Of a DNA stretch of 64,000 nucleotides, positions 40,700 through 53,278 are shown piece by piece; the stretch's first letter is position 1, and every line of letters starts with the position of its first letter. The notes beneath the pieces were generated by a model, which worked only from the letters and a program-made list of their open reading frames with translations, searched no databases and had not been told where the DNA came from. Source of the stretch: Octopus vulgaris (Eukaryota); contig OX597821.1 in assembly GCA_951406725.2 (NCBI GenBank), positions 11,098,001 to 11,162,000 on the forward strand, in the 5' to 3' direction. Both the position numbers and the translations under genes were made by a program.

Positions 40700-41640
40700 T
40701 GCTGATGGACTTGGAAAAAAGATATGGAGGAAAAGGATAGATGACGGTGAAAATGGATCATCTTAGAAAATATAACTGTCATTGCATAGACACATACGCT
40801 AAAAAATACAGACAAACGGGTAGAGACTGGAACCATCAATATTGTGGATTTGACGAAGGAGGAAAGGTAACGCAAGTTTTTGTCAACATGCTACTAAATA
40901 AATATCTAAGACTCTAACATATGTCATTACTCCGAGTCAGAGTAAACCTGTGAACAATAGTGGTTAAGAGAGAGTTCCACTCTCGTCGAAACACTGGAAC
41001 TCTCGTACAAGGGCCCCGCTACTTTATGCTGTTTAAATTCATAACCAGGATACATACATACGTCTCAGTGAAAGCTTCAATAAAATATAAACACAATAAC
41101 CCTGATATAACGATTTCGGATAGAAAAGAGTAAAGGTGTACTTTTACGGAAATCAACTGCCCGGCGGATGTTAGCATAAAGCTGAACATCAGTGAAAAAG
41201 AGAATATTTACGCTGAACTATTGACAAACTTTCAGTTACTCTATCCAGATTACAAGTTCAGATTGTAATTATTGGAGCACTAAGATAGGCAAAACACTCG
41301 CTAAATACCAGTCTTGAGAAATTAGGCTTCTAAAAACCAGAAAGGAGAACGAAAATCCGAAGACTACAGATCTAAACCATCACTGGAAGTGAAAAACTTA
41401 GTAAAACATTTCAGAAACGTATCATTCAAGTATATATGAGCATGTGTCGATATACGAGTATACGCATGAAAATATATGCATAAAACAAGACATACAAATC
41501 TGCACATATGCATGCATACATAGATACAAAAATACCCTGTTTCTTGTACTGAAATTCCAATGAAGGAGCCTTGGATCTAGGTTAGAAACCGGTTCGTTCT
41601 CTATTGACAAGAAACCTTGAAATAAAGCTGAATAATGACA
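40700..41640 (+). mobile_element. Dong/R4-clade LINE 3' end (restriction-like endonuclease) and 3' UTR
   Basis: KHNNPDITISDRKE*RCTFTEINCPADVSIKLNISEKENIYAELL..IVIIGAL fits the PD-(D/E)xK RLE motif; 3' aataaagctgaataatg. The 5' boundary is uncertain. Confidence 0.7.
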
Positions 41641-42084
41641 TATCTACGTGCATACCACTGAAGATGAGTCAAATCTATTCTACAGGTATTAAACTTATCT
41701 ATTCTTGAGATTTTCACACTAGCAAATTTGCTTGTTGCAAATCAGTGACTGATGTTCTCTGTGTTTACAATATATTGCTAGTTGGAGCTGACTCTGCCTA
41801 CCTATATGGGTACCAAGTGCTCGCGACTGAAGATGAGCCAACCAGCTCAAAACTGAGTCAGTCTTACAATTCTGCTGTCTACTAGAGAATGGTAGTGGTT
41901 CACACCCCTGCTAGTAATATATACGTATGCACAGGGTGCAGATCTGTTTCGATAACCAGATGGTGGAAGATCTGCGTGGGTTTAAACTAGTAGTAACATG
42001 AAAGAACCACTTCCAAGTGGCGATTAACTTACTGATTGGTATAGTTACTACTCTGATCTCCTGAGATTTTCAAATATATATATG

Positions 42085-42146
<62 letters not shown>

Positions 42147-42215
42147 CATGCATGCATGCATGTATGTATATATATATATATATATACATATATATATGTA
42201 TATATATATGTTTTT

Positions 42216-42257
<42 letters not shown>

Positions 42258-42266
42258 ATATGTATG

Positions 42267-42309
<43 letters not shown>

Positions 42310-42314
42310 TATAT

Positions 42315-42355
<41 letters not shown>

Positions 42356-42371
42356 TTTATGTATACATATT

Positions 42372-42600
42372 TCTTTACTACCCACAAGGGGCTAAACATA
42401 GACGGGACAAACAAGGACAAACAAAGGGATTAAGTCGATTACATCGACCCCAGTGCGTAACTGGTACTTATTTAATCGACTCCGAAAGAATGAAAGGCAA
42501 AGTCGACCTCGGCGGAATTTGAACTCAGAACGTAGCGGCAGACGAAATACCGCTTAGCATTTCGCCCGGTGTGCTAATGTTTCTGCCAGTTCGCCGCCTT
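42372..42600 (-). mobile_element. tRNA-derived SINE family B, full length
   Basis: Reverse complement reads aaggcggcgaactggcagaaacattagc..ttctgagttcaaattccgccgaggtcgactttgcctttca..ggggtcgatgtaatcgacttaatccc..agccccttgtgggtagtaaagaaat. Confidence 0.9.
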
Positions 42601-42903
42601 TAATATATGTATATATATATATATGTGTGCATATATATATGTATGTATAAATATATATATATGTATATATATATTTGTATATGAATAAAAACATATACAT
42701 TCATACACGTATATATGTATGTATATATATATATATATATATATAGACGCGCACACACGCACACACTCACACACAAAGGAGGGAGATTAATCCATCAGAT
42801 TAATGTAAAGTTGTTTTTATTACAAAAAAGCAAACTCACTAAGCATTAATATCTCTATATCTATGTGTGTGTGTGTGTGTGTTTATCTAGGTAACTAACT
42901 AAC

Positions 42904-42944
<41 letters not shown>

Positions 42945-43561
42945 GTAGATATATATATACATATACACAAATATGTGTGTGTATATATATGGACGCGCGC
43001 GTGTGTGTGTAGGTTTTGTTCTACAGAAGTTAGTCATTGATTTAGTTTGAGTCTGCTTCGCTGTACTTGGCTTATTAAATATAATTGAATTTCTAAACTA
43101 CATCCAAACTACTTATATACAAAATATGGAAATACGAAAAGTTTGAACAGTAATAATCTTATTTTCCTTAGAATAAGTTTTGTAAACTGTAATCGTTAAT
43201 TTTTAAAAATATAAATGCTAAATATAACGACAAAATTTGTACGACTGAAATGAAAATAGCAGAGAAATCTTAAAATTTGTGGATTTAATTATAAATAGTA
43301 AATGGAAACTAATTTTTCAAGATGGGTCTTAAACAACAAGTATAGCAAATGAGTGAAGAAGGAATTCTTTCAGTTATTCTGAAAGTTTGTTTCAGCATTT
43401 TTCTTTAATCAATAAGAAATCTGCTTAAATCAAAATTTATAACTCAAAAGTGCTACTTAATATTTTTTATATGCATGTATGTGTGCGTGTACGTGTGTAG
43501 GTACCTGTGTGTAACTACATATGTATATATGCATGCATACACACATATGTGTGCATGTATT

Positions 43562-43596
<35 letters not shown>

Positions 43597-43879
43597 ATGT
43601 ATATATATATACATATAAATGTGTATGTATGCATGTCTGTATATATATATATATATATATATACATACAAATATATATATATACATATGTACATATATGT
43701 ATATATATTTTTCTTTTCAATTTTTATATATTATTTCATTGTTTTTATAAAACATATTTTCCATTAGCAGTATGTATTCTCTTTCTGTTCAATATTTTAA
43801 CAAACTTTTCGTATTCACATTCATTTACGATTTTACGTTATTTGGAACTACGAGTACTAATATCATAATCACCGAATTT

Positions 43880-43949
43880 CTTTCTTATATACGTACATAT
43901 AACTTAATGTATAAAATTCACTGTATGCCTATCTGTATGTGTGTGTGTA

Positions 43950-43980
<31 letters not shown>

Positions 43981-44300
43981 CCTCTATGCACGACTAAATC
44001 GCTGGATCAATCTGTACCATTTTAGCATGAAGTTTTTTCATTACTCGGGGAAGGATGTAGGGGTATCAAATATTAATCGTTGCCCATATAAGGGACTTTA
44101 GCCCAACTTCATACGATACTTTCGATGCAGAAAACTATGTTTTCAAAATTTTACATTCCATCCGCAAATTTTAAATTTTTAACATTTTTTCAATTTCTTT
44201 TTTCAATCTACGTGGAAAAATACGGACATTAAGAATATGGAGAAAAACGTTTTGATTTCCAATTTTCCACGAAGAATTCCAAAATTCAACCATACTACCC
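43880..44300 (+). mobile_element. Possible non-autonomous Helitron-like repeat, 5' part
   Basis: tataaaattc + (TG)n + ctaaatcgctggatcaatc, an architecture resembling the Helitron 5' ends in this window; no 3' CTAG hairpin found. Confidence 0.3.
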
Positions 44301-44788
44301 TCGCCACTGCGTCCTGTTGTTTAACACTGCAAACGAAATGCTAAAAAGAACAGTTGAATATCTGGAAGCTTTCTGTGTTTGTGCTTGCACGCGCAACAAT
44401 TACTATAGCTTTACTAATGAACGGGGGAAGTAAACAGAAATATGTTTTACATACCTCTCGTAAAAGTGGGTTTTTTTTTCGCTTTAATGGTAAAAAATTA
44501 TGAGAGAAGCAAGCACAATATTGAATAATTCTCCCTCATACATCTACGACCTCCACCTCTTTTTTTCTTTAAGTAAAGATAAACGGATTTTAATTCTGAT
44601 AATGTAACAAGTGGTTTAGCTCTTACCGCCATTTTCTCTCTTTTTCAATATTTAATTACAAGAGAGAATATGTTATTACCAACAACGCTAAAACTTTACT
44701 AACTTCATCGATCTTCCCTTATATAAATATACATATATGTATATATGTATACATTCATATATACATATATAAATAAGTATGTTAGATA

Positions 44789-46080
44789 CGAGGCGCGTTC
44801 AATAAGTAATGCCCCTGACCCACTTGCAGTTATTTGATCTAGCTGAAATTTTGCATGTCTAATTATTTATATCTCTATAGATTAACTGGAAAATTACAGT
44901 TCTGAACTAATTGTGGTTTCTGATTTACAGGTGTTTGAACTGAGTCAAGTGTGAAATGGAGCCTGTTGAGTGTCGAGCAGTGATCCGGTTTTTGTATTTG
45001 AAAGGACGCACACCACGGGAGACTTTTGATGAAATGAAAGTAACTTATGGTGATGATGCCCCATCATATGACCTTGTAAAACGCTGGCATCGTGAATTCA
45101 AATATGGTCGGAACTCTGTGGAAACAGCTCCCAGATCTGGTCGCCCCCTTCTGCCATTAATGAGGCATCTGTCCGTGAAGTTGAGGCTGCCATTTTGGAA
45201 GATCGACGCATAACTATTTGCCAAATAGCCCATGAGGTCAAGATTAGTACCAGGTCTGTGGAAACTATCATTCATGACCATTTGCATATGCAAAAGGTGT
45301 CTGTCAGATGGATTCCCAGGTTGCTCACGCCTTTCCAGAAGCAAGAACGCGTCAAGTGCTCGAGGGTGAATTTGGAGATGTGCCAAGAAGATGAGTCAAA
45401 ATTTTGCAAAAGACTGATTACACAGGATGAAACCTGGGTCCATCACTATGATCCAGAGACCAAAACCGAGTCAATGCAGTGGAAGCACCGTGACTCATCT
45501 CCTCCAAAGAAGGCAAGGGTGCAGCCCTCCGCTGGCAAGGTCATGCTCACAGGCTTCTGGGACCAGGACGGAGTAGTGATGACAGATTTCCTGGCAAAGG
45601 GTACCACAATTACAGGAGCCTATTATGCTTCACTTTTGAGGAAATTAAGAGAAGCTATCAAAATCAAGAGGCGGGGCAAGATCAGCAAAGGCCTCCTCCT
45701 CCTGCAGGACAACGCTCAGGTCCACTACTTGCGTGTCGCCAGATCAGAAGCACAGGCGTGCGGCTATGAACTCCTCCCCCTTCCCCCATACTCTCCTGAT
45801 CTTGCACCCTCTGATTTTCACCTCTTCCCAGCCATGAAGTTGTTTTTGAAAGGAAAGCGTTTCCCAGATGATGCAGCCTTGATTTCTGAAGTCACGTTGT
45901 GGTTGGAAGACCAAGCTGGGGTCTCCTAAAAAAACGGTCTCCAGAGCTGCATCAAACGATGGGAGAAATGCGTAACTCTAGGTGGTTCCTATGTAGAAAA
46001 AGACTAATAACTGTGCCAAGTTTCGTTGCTCTACTGCTATGGGAAGTGGGTCAGGGGCATTACTTATTGAACGCCCCTCG
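44789..46080 (+). mobile_element. Young full-length mariner element (DD34D), 1292 bp
   Basis: 37-bp TIRs cgagg(c/g)gcgttcaataagtaatgcccctgacccactt with one mismatch, TA on both sides. Confidence 0.97.
44956..46007 (+). pseudogene. Mariner transposase with one frameshift (about 45150) and one premature stop (45927-45929)
   Basis: HTH MEPVECRAVIRFL, PRSGRP, WIPRLL, ITQDETW, QDNA..YSPDLAPSD (34 spacing); read-through continues in frame KNGLQSCIKRWEKCVTLGGSYVEKD*. Confidence 0.95.
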
Positions 46081-46430
46081 TAGATAGATAGATAGATAGA
46101 TAGATATAGATATTATATATGTGTGTGTGTGTGTGTGCGGGTGTGAGTACGTATATATATATATATATATATGATATATATATATATATATATGAGGCTA
46201 AAAAACGGTAGCATCGTCCTTTTCAGGACAACAGCATTAAGTTGGCAAATACCCTTTACTTTAAAGAATTGTTACTGAATATCTCATTTGAAAGGTTTAG
46301 AAATAATAATGTTTCTATATCATATATATATACATATATATATATACATACACATAAATGCACACATATGCACACAGACACATACACATACGTGCACACA
46401 TACACCCACACACACACATATATATAGATA

Positions 46431-46893
46431 TCTATATATTTAAAACTCAACTTGTGTGCCTGTGTGTATATCTGTGTGTGTGTGTCAGTGTGTTTAACTT
46501 TGGGATCTACTAAGTTTCATTATTAAGGATGGAAAGTAGTGTGTAGCTAATCTATATATATAAAGCTGAAGTTGTCTTTGTGTGGCAGGTTTGGTAGCCT
46601 TCAACTAACACTATCTCCTTCGAGACCATGCTGCGCAAGTTAACCAAAATTGAGAGTATGATAGAAGAAGGCTTGCTCTTCATTCTGTAGGAGATAAAAT
46701 TCAAATCGGACCATGAAAATCCCTATTTTTTACGATTTTTGACTGCTGTGTCACCATTTTTCGGTGTATTTCAACTGGAAAAATGTTCACTTGAAGAGAA
46801 TAACAAGTTGCATAATGGAGAATTTTTTCTTTTCAAAAATTCCAAATCTAAAGGGTCGAAACAAACCCGAGCAACGCCGGGTGATACTGCTAG
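46431..46893 (+). mobile_element. Non-autonomous Helitron
   Basis: A|TCTATATA 5' end, 3' hairpin cccgagcaacgccggg then CTAG|T, no TSD; second internal 5' motif at 46551. Confidence 0.88.
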
Positions 46894-47269
46894 TATATAT
46901 ATAAAACACATGAACTGAACAGTAATTTTCGTTCCTTAAATAAAATACAAGAAAGCGTAAGTTATTTTTTCGTTAAGTTCATGAATTTTTCTAAATTTTC
47001 TGTCACTCACTTGTATCCTGACAGAGATGTGTTAAATGTATAACTTGTTTTTGTAAGAATCTTTTCTTTATAAATAATATGCTAGAATATATGAGATATA
47101 TACACATCTGTACCACCTTTTCTTTTCTTTGTGCCAAATTTGAATCGGAAATTCAACTGACTTTCTGAATGTAAGAACGAGCTGTTGAACCATTTAAGTG
47201 AGAAGAAGTAAAGAGACATATTCAATGTTAAATATTCATCAGCAATCTCATGCTATAAATATTAACACT

Positions 47270-47492
47270 CTTTTACTCTTTTACACTTGTACTTGTTTCA
47301 GTCATTTGACTGCAGCCGTGCTGGAGCACCGCCTTTAGTCGAGCAAATCGACGCCAGGACTTATTCTTTGTAAGCCTAGTACTTATTCTGTCGTTCATTT
47401 TTGCCGAACCGCTAAGTTACGGGGACATAAACACACCGCCATCGGTTGTCAAGCGATGTCGGTGGGACAAACACAGACACACAAACATATAT

Positions 47493-47542
<50 letters not shown>

Positions 47543-47696
47543 GAGGGCTTCTTTCAGTTTCCGTCTACCAAATCCACGTACAGGGCTTTGGTAGGCCCGA
47601 GGCTATAGTAGAAACACTTGCCCACTGTGCCACGCAGTGGCACTGAACCCAGAACCATGTGGTTGGTAAGCAAGCTAATGTAACACACAGCCACTC
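47270..47696 (-). mobile_element. SINE family C, full length
   Basis: Reverse complement aligns along 5122-5541. Confidence 0.9.
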
Positions 47697-49683
47697 ATGT
47701 AACAGATCGTGTAAATATAATGTATTATTCATGTCATCCATAGGAATATTTACGTTCAGAACATTTATAATATCAATGATTGTATCCGTTTCAATTCAAA
47801 AATCTTTATTGGTCTTTCAAATTCTTTAGATTATTATTTCATTTTTTTTTTCTCATCTAGTTTCTTTGTTCCCGGCATCTTTCGTTATTTTTATTGCATC
47901 CAGCCGTCATTCCTGCGATCTCAAGGCAGAATAACTAGCATGTAGAACGTTTTTACTCATTGGTTTATATATGTACGTATTCATAAGGATACATGGTTAC
48001 CCTGTCATCTCATCCGTACTTCAGCCACAGGAGCTTGCAGGAAGCAGATGATGGAGATTCAGTTGGTATTCACTTCACTTGTTTGGCTGGAGCAGGATGA
48101 AGTAATATATGTTGCTTAAGGGTGCTATTTACTAACGGATGACGATATCGAATCCACAACCATGTGTTCAGGAGCTCAGTATCATCTCCAGTAGTCAATA
48201 TCATCTCCATTCGGTGACTGCAAATTTTTTATGGACTGGACTTCTTTTTCATTTAACTCAAGATATTACGCTTTAATTCACGGTTCAATACTTGCAAAGT
48301 TTACTCTTGATTTGAAGGTCTCTAACTTTTTAATAGCGATGTTGTAAAAATTTTCACATTTACGATGGCAGCACTTAACACGAAATAATTTTTCTCTTCG
48401 TCATATTTTTTACTTCTTCAACACGTTGAAATGAAGCCAGTTTTCAAACTATACAGCTGAAAGCCGTTTATTAATATTTCTAATTGCTTTCCGTATCCAT
48501 GGAAGGGTATCATTATCAAAACCTTTAAGTGGCCTTCGGCTTTCAGAACGATGCACAAACATGGATTCCAATTTAGTCTTCAGCTTCATTGCCACCAAAA
48601 AGTAACCTCAAACGATTTCCGTCCTCAAAACTCTGAAATGAATAGAACCCGATCACAGATTTTCATTATACAAACAATTATAACCTTGATCTTTAACTGT
48701 CGAAACATTTGAACACTCTTCATTTCGTACAACTATTTGTTAGGATTTATATTGTTTGTAAACTCAAAATTGGTTTGAAATTCTGGTATTGACACAACAA
48801 CTAGGTATTTGATGACGAAGAGCTAAGTGCATCTGAATCAAAGAGATATAGTTTCCTAAATAAACATACATTTCGTTTGAATGGTTCGCAGCAAGTAATA
48901 ACATGTTGTACAAGCACTCAGATCTCTGTGTGCCCCTTACAACAGAAATACATTTTAGCTACTGAAAGTTATTATCTAAGTTGCGTTATTTCATCAGTCA
49001 TTAATTGATATTACACACATTACTCTACTTGACGCCATAAGTATAGTAGGATTTAGCAGTTAGTTATTTGTATCGCTACGCCAAGGGAATATGTTTTAAG
49101 ACATGGTGCTAAGAGTGTGCCAGATGTGCACACATAGTATAAAAAAGAGCAAAGGAACTTAGCTCCTATATCTGGAAGGACTGAGCTATCAATTAATCTC
49201 ATACTAATTTTTCTGTATTGGAATCGACAATTTTCGGGATCTGGAATTTTATCCCAGGTTCTAAGTGATATAAAAATTCCCCAAATGAGACACCAAAGTT
49301 CATATGTTTCCATAAAGATATTGACCAGCAGAATGACTGTCTCGGACAGAAACAAAATCAAAGAAGGGAATTTTATAAGTAGTGTCATGTAAACAATAAC
49401 ATTGACATTCTGTTGAAGTATTATGATTTTAGTAGCTTTTGTGCTAAAACAACAGTCCGCAATCGGTAGAACTTTGATGAAGGAACTACTCCATTCAAAA
49501 CCATAACATACTTTTGGCAGCAGATTGCATTACGGGCTAAGGGTCAGTTTGTCGTTACTACTACTGGGTTGAGAAAACTCAGAGACGCCCTAAAGTTTTT
49601 CTAACTTCAAAATACATTTACAATTTTATTGTTTTTGGTATTTGCACAAAATGTAAAAGAGTCTATTCAAACTTATAAAATGA

Positions 49684-50615
49684 CTAGCAGGTTGACCCGG
49701 CGTTGCCCGGGTTACCGCTGTTCTTATTCAGAAAAATAAACGAGGAATATAAAGATATATTCTCATAATTATTTCAAAATATCTAAAACCTATTTTTAAA
49801 ATATCCATATTTTAATGATAATCGATTTTCGAACCGAAAATCTCTCAATGATGAAGCACCTCAAGATAAACAGTATTCATTATTCATTGTGTAATTTTTT
49901 TTTTTTTTTGCTGTCGAAATGAATAAATTGCTGCTGCTTGCAACTCGCGAGCAAGCAACATAGATTTGGTCGTGGGAGAAGTATATAGTAGAGAGATAAA
50001 ATCCAAGTAACTTGAGGGAATGACCCTGAGATTTGTTAATTGAAATCCCAAAACTTAGATTGACTGGAAATTGAAGAGTCTTAGATTCAAATGGAACATC
50101 TGTAGTTATGAGAGGAATTGTTGGAATAAAGATATTCATGACTACTTGTTATGATCATTGCATCTAGGACATGGAGAGCATTTTTAAGATGAGCAGAATT
50201 TTTTAGCCTTGAAATCTTTGATTGTTACGAATGCAGTGGAAACAGTCGTTCTGAACTTTCGCATACATATCAACCAGTTATTGCTGAAATAGGTCACGAT
50301 ACATATGTAATTGATCTAATTGTTCTGGTCTTTACATCAGGTGGTAAGAATAGAAGTCATTTCATGACAATATTTTGTTTATAATTGGCTTTCCTGTTAC
50401 ATGTTTAATTTGTAGAATATTGAAATGATACCGATCTTGTCCATTCCACAAAAGAAGAGGATGCAGGAGAACCTATCATAAAAGGGATGAATCTCTGAAA
50501 CACGTTTAAGGTTGTTGTCTCGGGTACGAATGAGGATATCATAATTTTCATGGTGATCATATAACATAATTATGGTTACTTCATTACATGTGGGTTCATT
50601 AAAACGACGCAAAAT
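49684..50615 (-). mobile_element. Internally deleted Helitron with RepHel coding remnants
   Basis: RRFNEPTCNEV..LKRVSEIHPFYD (N-terminal RepHel region) and QFPVNLSFGISINKSQG..FSHDQIYVACSRV (Pif1 helicase motifs V-VI); 3' hairpin cccgggcaacgccggg then CTAG at 49684-49687. Confidence 0.9.
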
Positions 50616-51241
50616 GACCTTTACTATAGTTTACTATAGGCGTAACGAACGCAAAAACACACACACTTACAGACACATACACACTCGTACACTTATGTAT
50701 ATGAATCAGTATATGTGTGCATATTTAATTTTCTGAGGCCTAACGTATATAAATTACCACACCTGCACTCGTATACATATACACTCTGACATACACTCAC
50801 ATACATATAGTAAGACAGACACACATAGATATACATTCACGCACACCCCAGGCCTATTGTTGCCTCTATGCGTGTGTCTCTCTTTCTTTAGATGTGTGTG
50901 TGTGTGTCAGTCGTCATAAAAATGTATGTATACACATACATACACTGTCACATACACTCACACACATATATATATTTCTCAACCATCGTTCTAACGTACG
51001 TAACGAACGGGCAAACAGACACACGCTCACATACACATACACACCTTTGCAAATATGTAAATGAAAATAAAGTTATTTAATAGCCGAAAGATTACCAAAT
51101 CTTTTAATACTCCATACGTCAAAATCAGCAGCCAAGTCAACATACTTACATACACACACATACACAAACACACACACGGACACGCACGGACACACTCACA
51201 AACTCTGTTTTATATCTATCTATATATCTATATATAGAAAG

Positions 51242-51314
<73 letters not shown>

Positions 51315-51814
51315 CTATTTTCAAATTTCGGTATAAGACCAGCAAGTTTGAGTGGGGTTGAAAGTCGATAACATCGATTGCAGAGTTCAAACGGCACCTT
51401 TTTTTTTTTTTCATTAAATGGCAAATTTTACCTCGGTGTCATTTTACCACAGAATCTACATCGCTGGCAGAAATGTTCTAAGCATTTTATCCGGGTCGAG
51501 CGCTAGTGATTGTAATTTGTCAAGTAGACAGGTTTAATTATTCAATGAGAAAATTAAATCTATGTCGACAGATATGTTATAATTTTTCATAGTACTAATC
51601 ACTAATATCTGTTTACTTTATAATAGAAGTAAGTCACTATGTTTGCGTGTGCACAGAAACTGGACTAGAATCTCATTTGCAGCTTAGAATTTCGTTTGCA
51701 TCTTCCACATTAGCTCATTAAGTAAGACTGTAGCAGCTTGTAAGATTGACTTTGTTTTAAACTAATATATACATCTTAAACTTGTGTTGTCTTTTAATTT
51801 TTCATTGAATTTAT

Positions 51815-51847
<33 letters not shown>

Positions 51848-51849
51848 TT

Positions 51850-52497
51850 AAAGGGCTAAAAACCACTATGTGCACAGCCATATGCTAGAAGTAGATCACC
51901 AACGATCAAATTACAAAGAAATTAATTTACTGCAGTTAATGCTGCCTATTAGAGAACATATTTATTTTAACATTTAAATAATGAGGGAGTAAATAATTTA
52001 CTGCAGATTTTGTTTCCAGAATTTAGCGCGCCAGAACTCAGACATTTGAAATTAACCCCAATGTAATCGGTGGAACTAAGCACGTGTCTGTTTTTATACG
52101 GAAAAATTGGTGGTTAGTTTTACAAATTATATTGCTTGTGGAACGATCGTACTGACGAGTCCTACGGACGAAGGATTACATAAGTGATTTATTCGTTAAT
52201 AGGCGAAACCGCCGGTCTGCGATTAATTCTTGTTTCTTATATAATTTTCATCTGTCTTGCCGGCATATTGTTCTGGTGTCCGCTGAATTTTTCTCTATGG
52301 AACATTCTTTTCTTTGTAGTTTGATGGTACGTGATCTACTTCTAGCATATGGCTGAGCACATAGTGGTTTTTAGCCCTTTAACTATATACATGTATTAGA
52401 ATTTCTGATTTTTCAGATTTTTATATGCTAGGCTACTGGTTTTAAATTGATATTAATTAAATTAATATTCAATTTATCTCGCTCATTATTTAAATGT
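51850..52497 (+). mobile_element. Hammerhead-bearing fold-back element (Penelope pLTR/retrozyme-like)
   Basis: Approximately 72-bp inverted arms 51850-51921 and 52309-52382 enclose a hammerhead; flanked by (TA)n; no ORF. Confidence 0.75.
52145..52224 (+). ncRNA. Type I hammerhead ribozyme, intact catalytic core
   Basis: gatcgta-CTGACGA-[46-nt stem II hairpin]-GAAA-cc-gcc-gg-TC-tgcgatt; stem I of 7 bp, stem III acc/ggt, GUC cleavage triplet ending at 52217. Confidence 0.8.
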
Positions 52498-53131
52498 TTA
52501 TATATATATATACACATACATATGGCCAGTGGTATACATATGAAAAACATACAAAATTTAAGAATACCAAATACCACGTGATATAAATATTTTATTCATT
52601 AAAATATTCTCCACTTTTTGGGGAAGTATACGTAACAATTACTAATGACTGCCCGTCTATAAATCTAATTGAACAATCCATGTTATCCCTGTTTGCTCAT
52701 TTGTGTTTGATTAAAGCAGAATTTCAACTCCGTATTTCTCTCTATGTTAGGAGAGGCTGCCGGAAGTAGTTTAGGTCAATTCTCGTGATGCTGACTCCAA
52801 GTGAGGCGAAAACACACTTCTACGACTATATTCATATCTTCAAACAAGACGCCTGATCTTTTCCTTAATGACATAACTGCTTCTGAGGTTTCTTAATTCT
52901 TAAGATAAACCCAACCTCATTTTAACATCAAATAGTTTTCGTAGCCATTCGCTAATAGAAAAACGTATAGTATGGGGTGAGGAGATTAGTATATTAACTC
53001 AACTACTAATTTCATATCACATTTGATTATATCTGTATACAAATGCATGTTAATATATATATATATAAATGCGAGCGTGTGTGTGTATCCATATAAAAAT
53101 ATGCATATATATACATATATATATATGTATA

Positions 53132-53174
<43 letters not shown>

Positions 53175-53247
53175 AGAGAGAGAGACACACACACACACAA
53201 ACGGACAGACAGACATAGAGGGAAAGAAAGAAATAGGTTTATAGATA

Positions 53248-53278
<31 letters not shown>

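Noticed and set aside
45195-45929. 244-aa SETMAR-like ORF as a domesticated gene
   Set aside because: It lies inside TIRs with TA duplication, has a frameshift and premature stop, and has no SET domain; an ordinary mariner copy.
48447-48635. Minus-strand acceptor plus a short ORF (MKLKTKLESMF..)
   Set aside because: No recognisable domain or donor site; more likely an internal part of an unclassified repeat.
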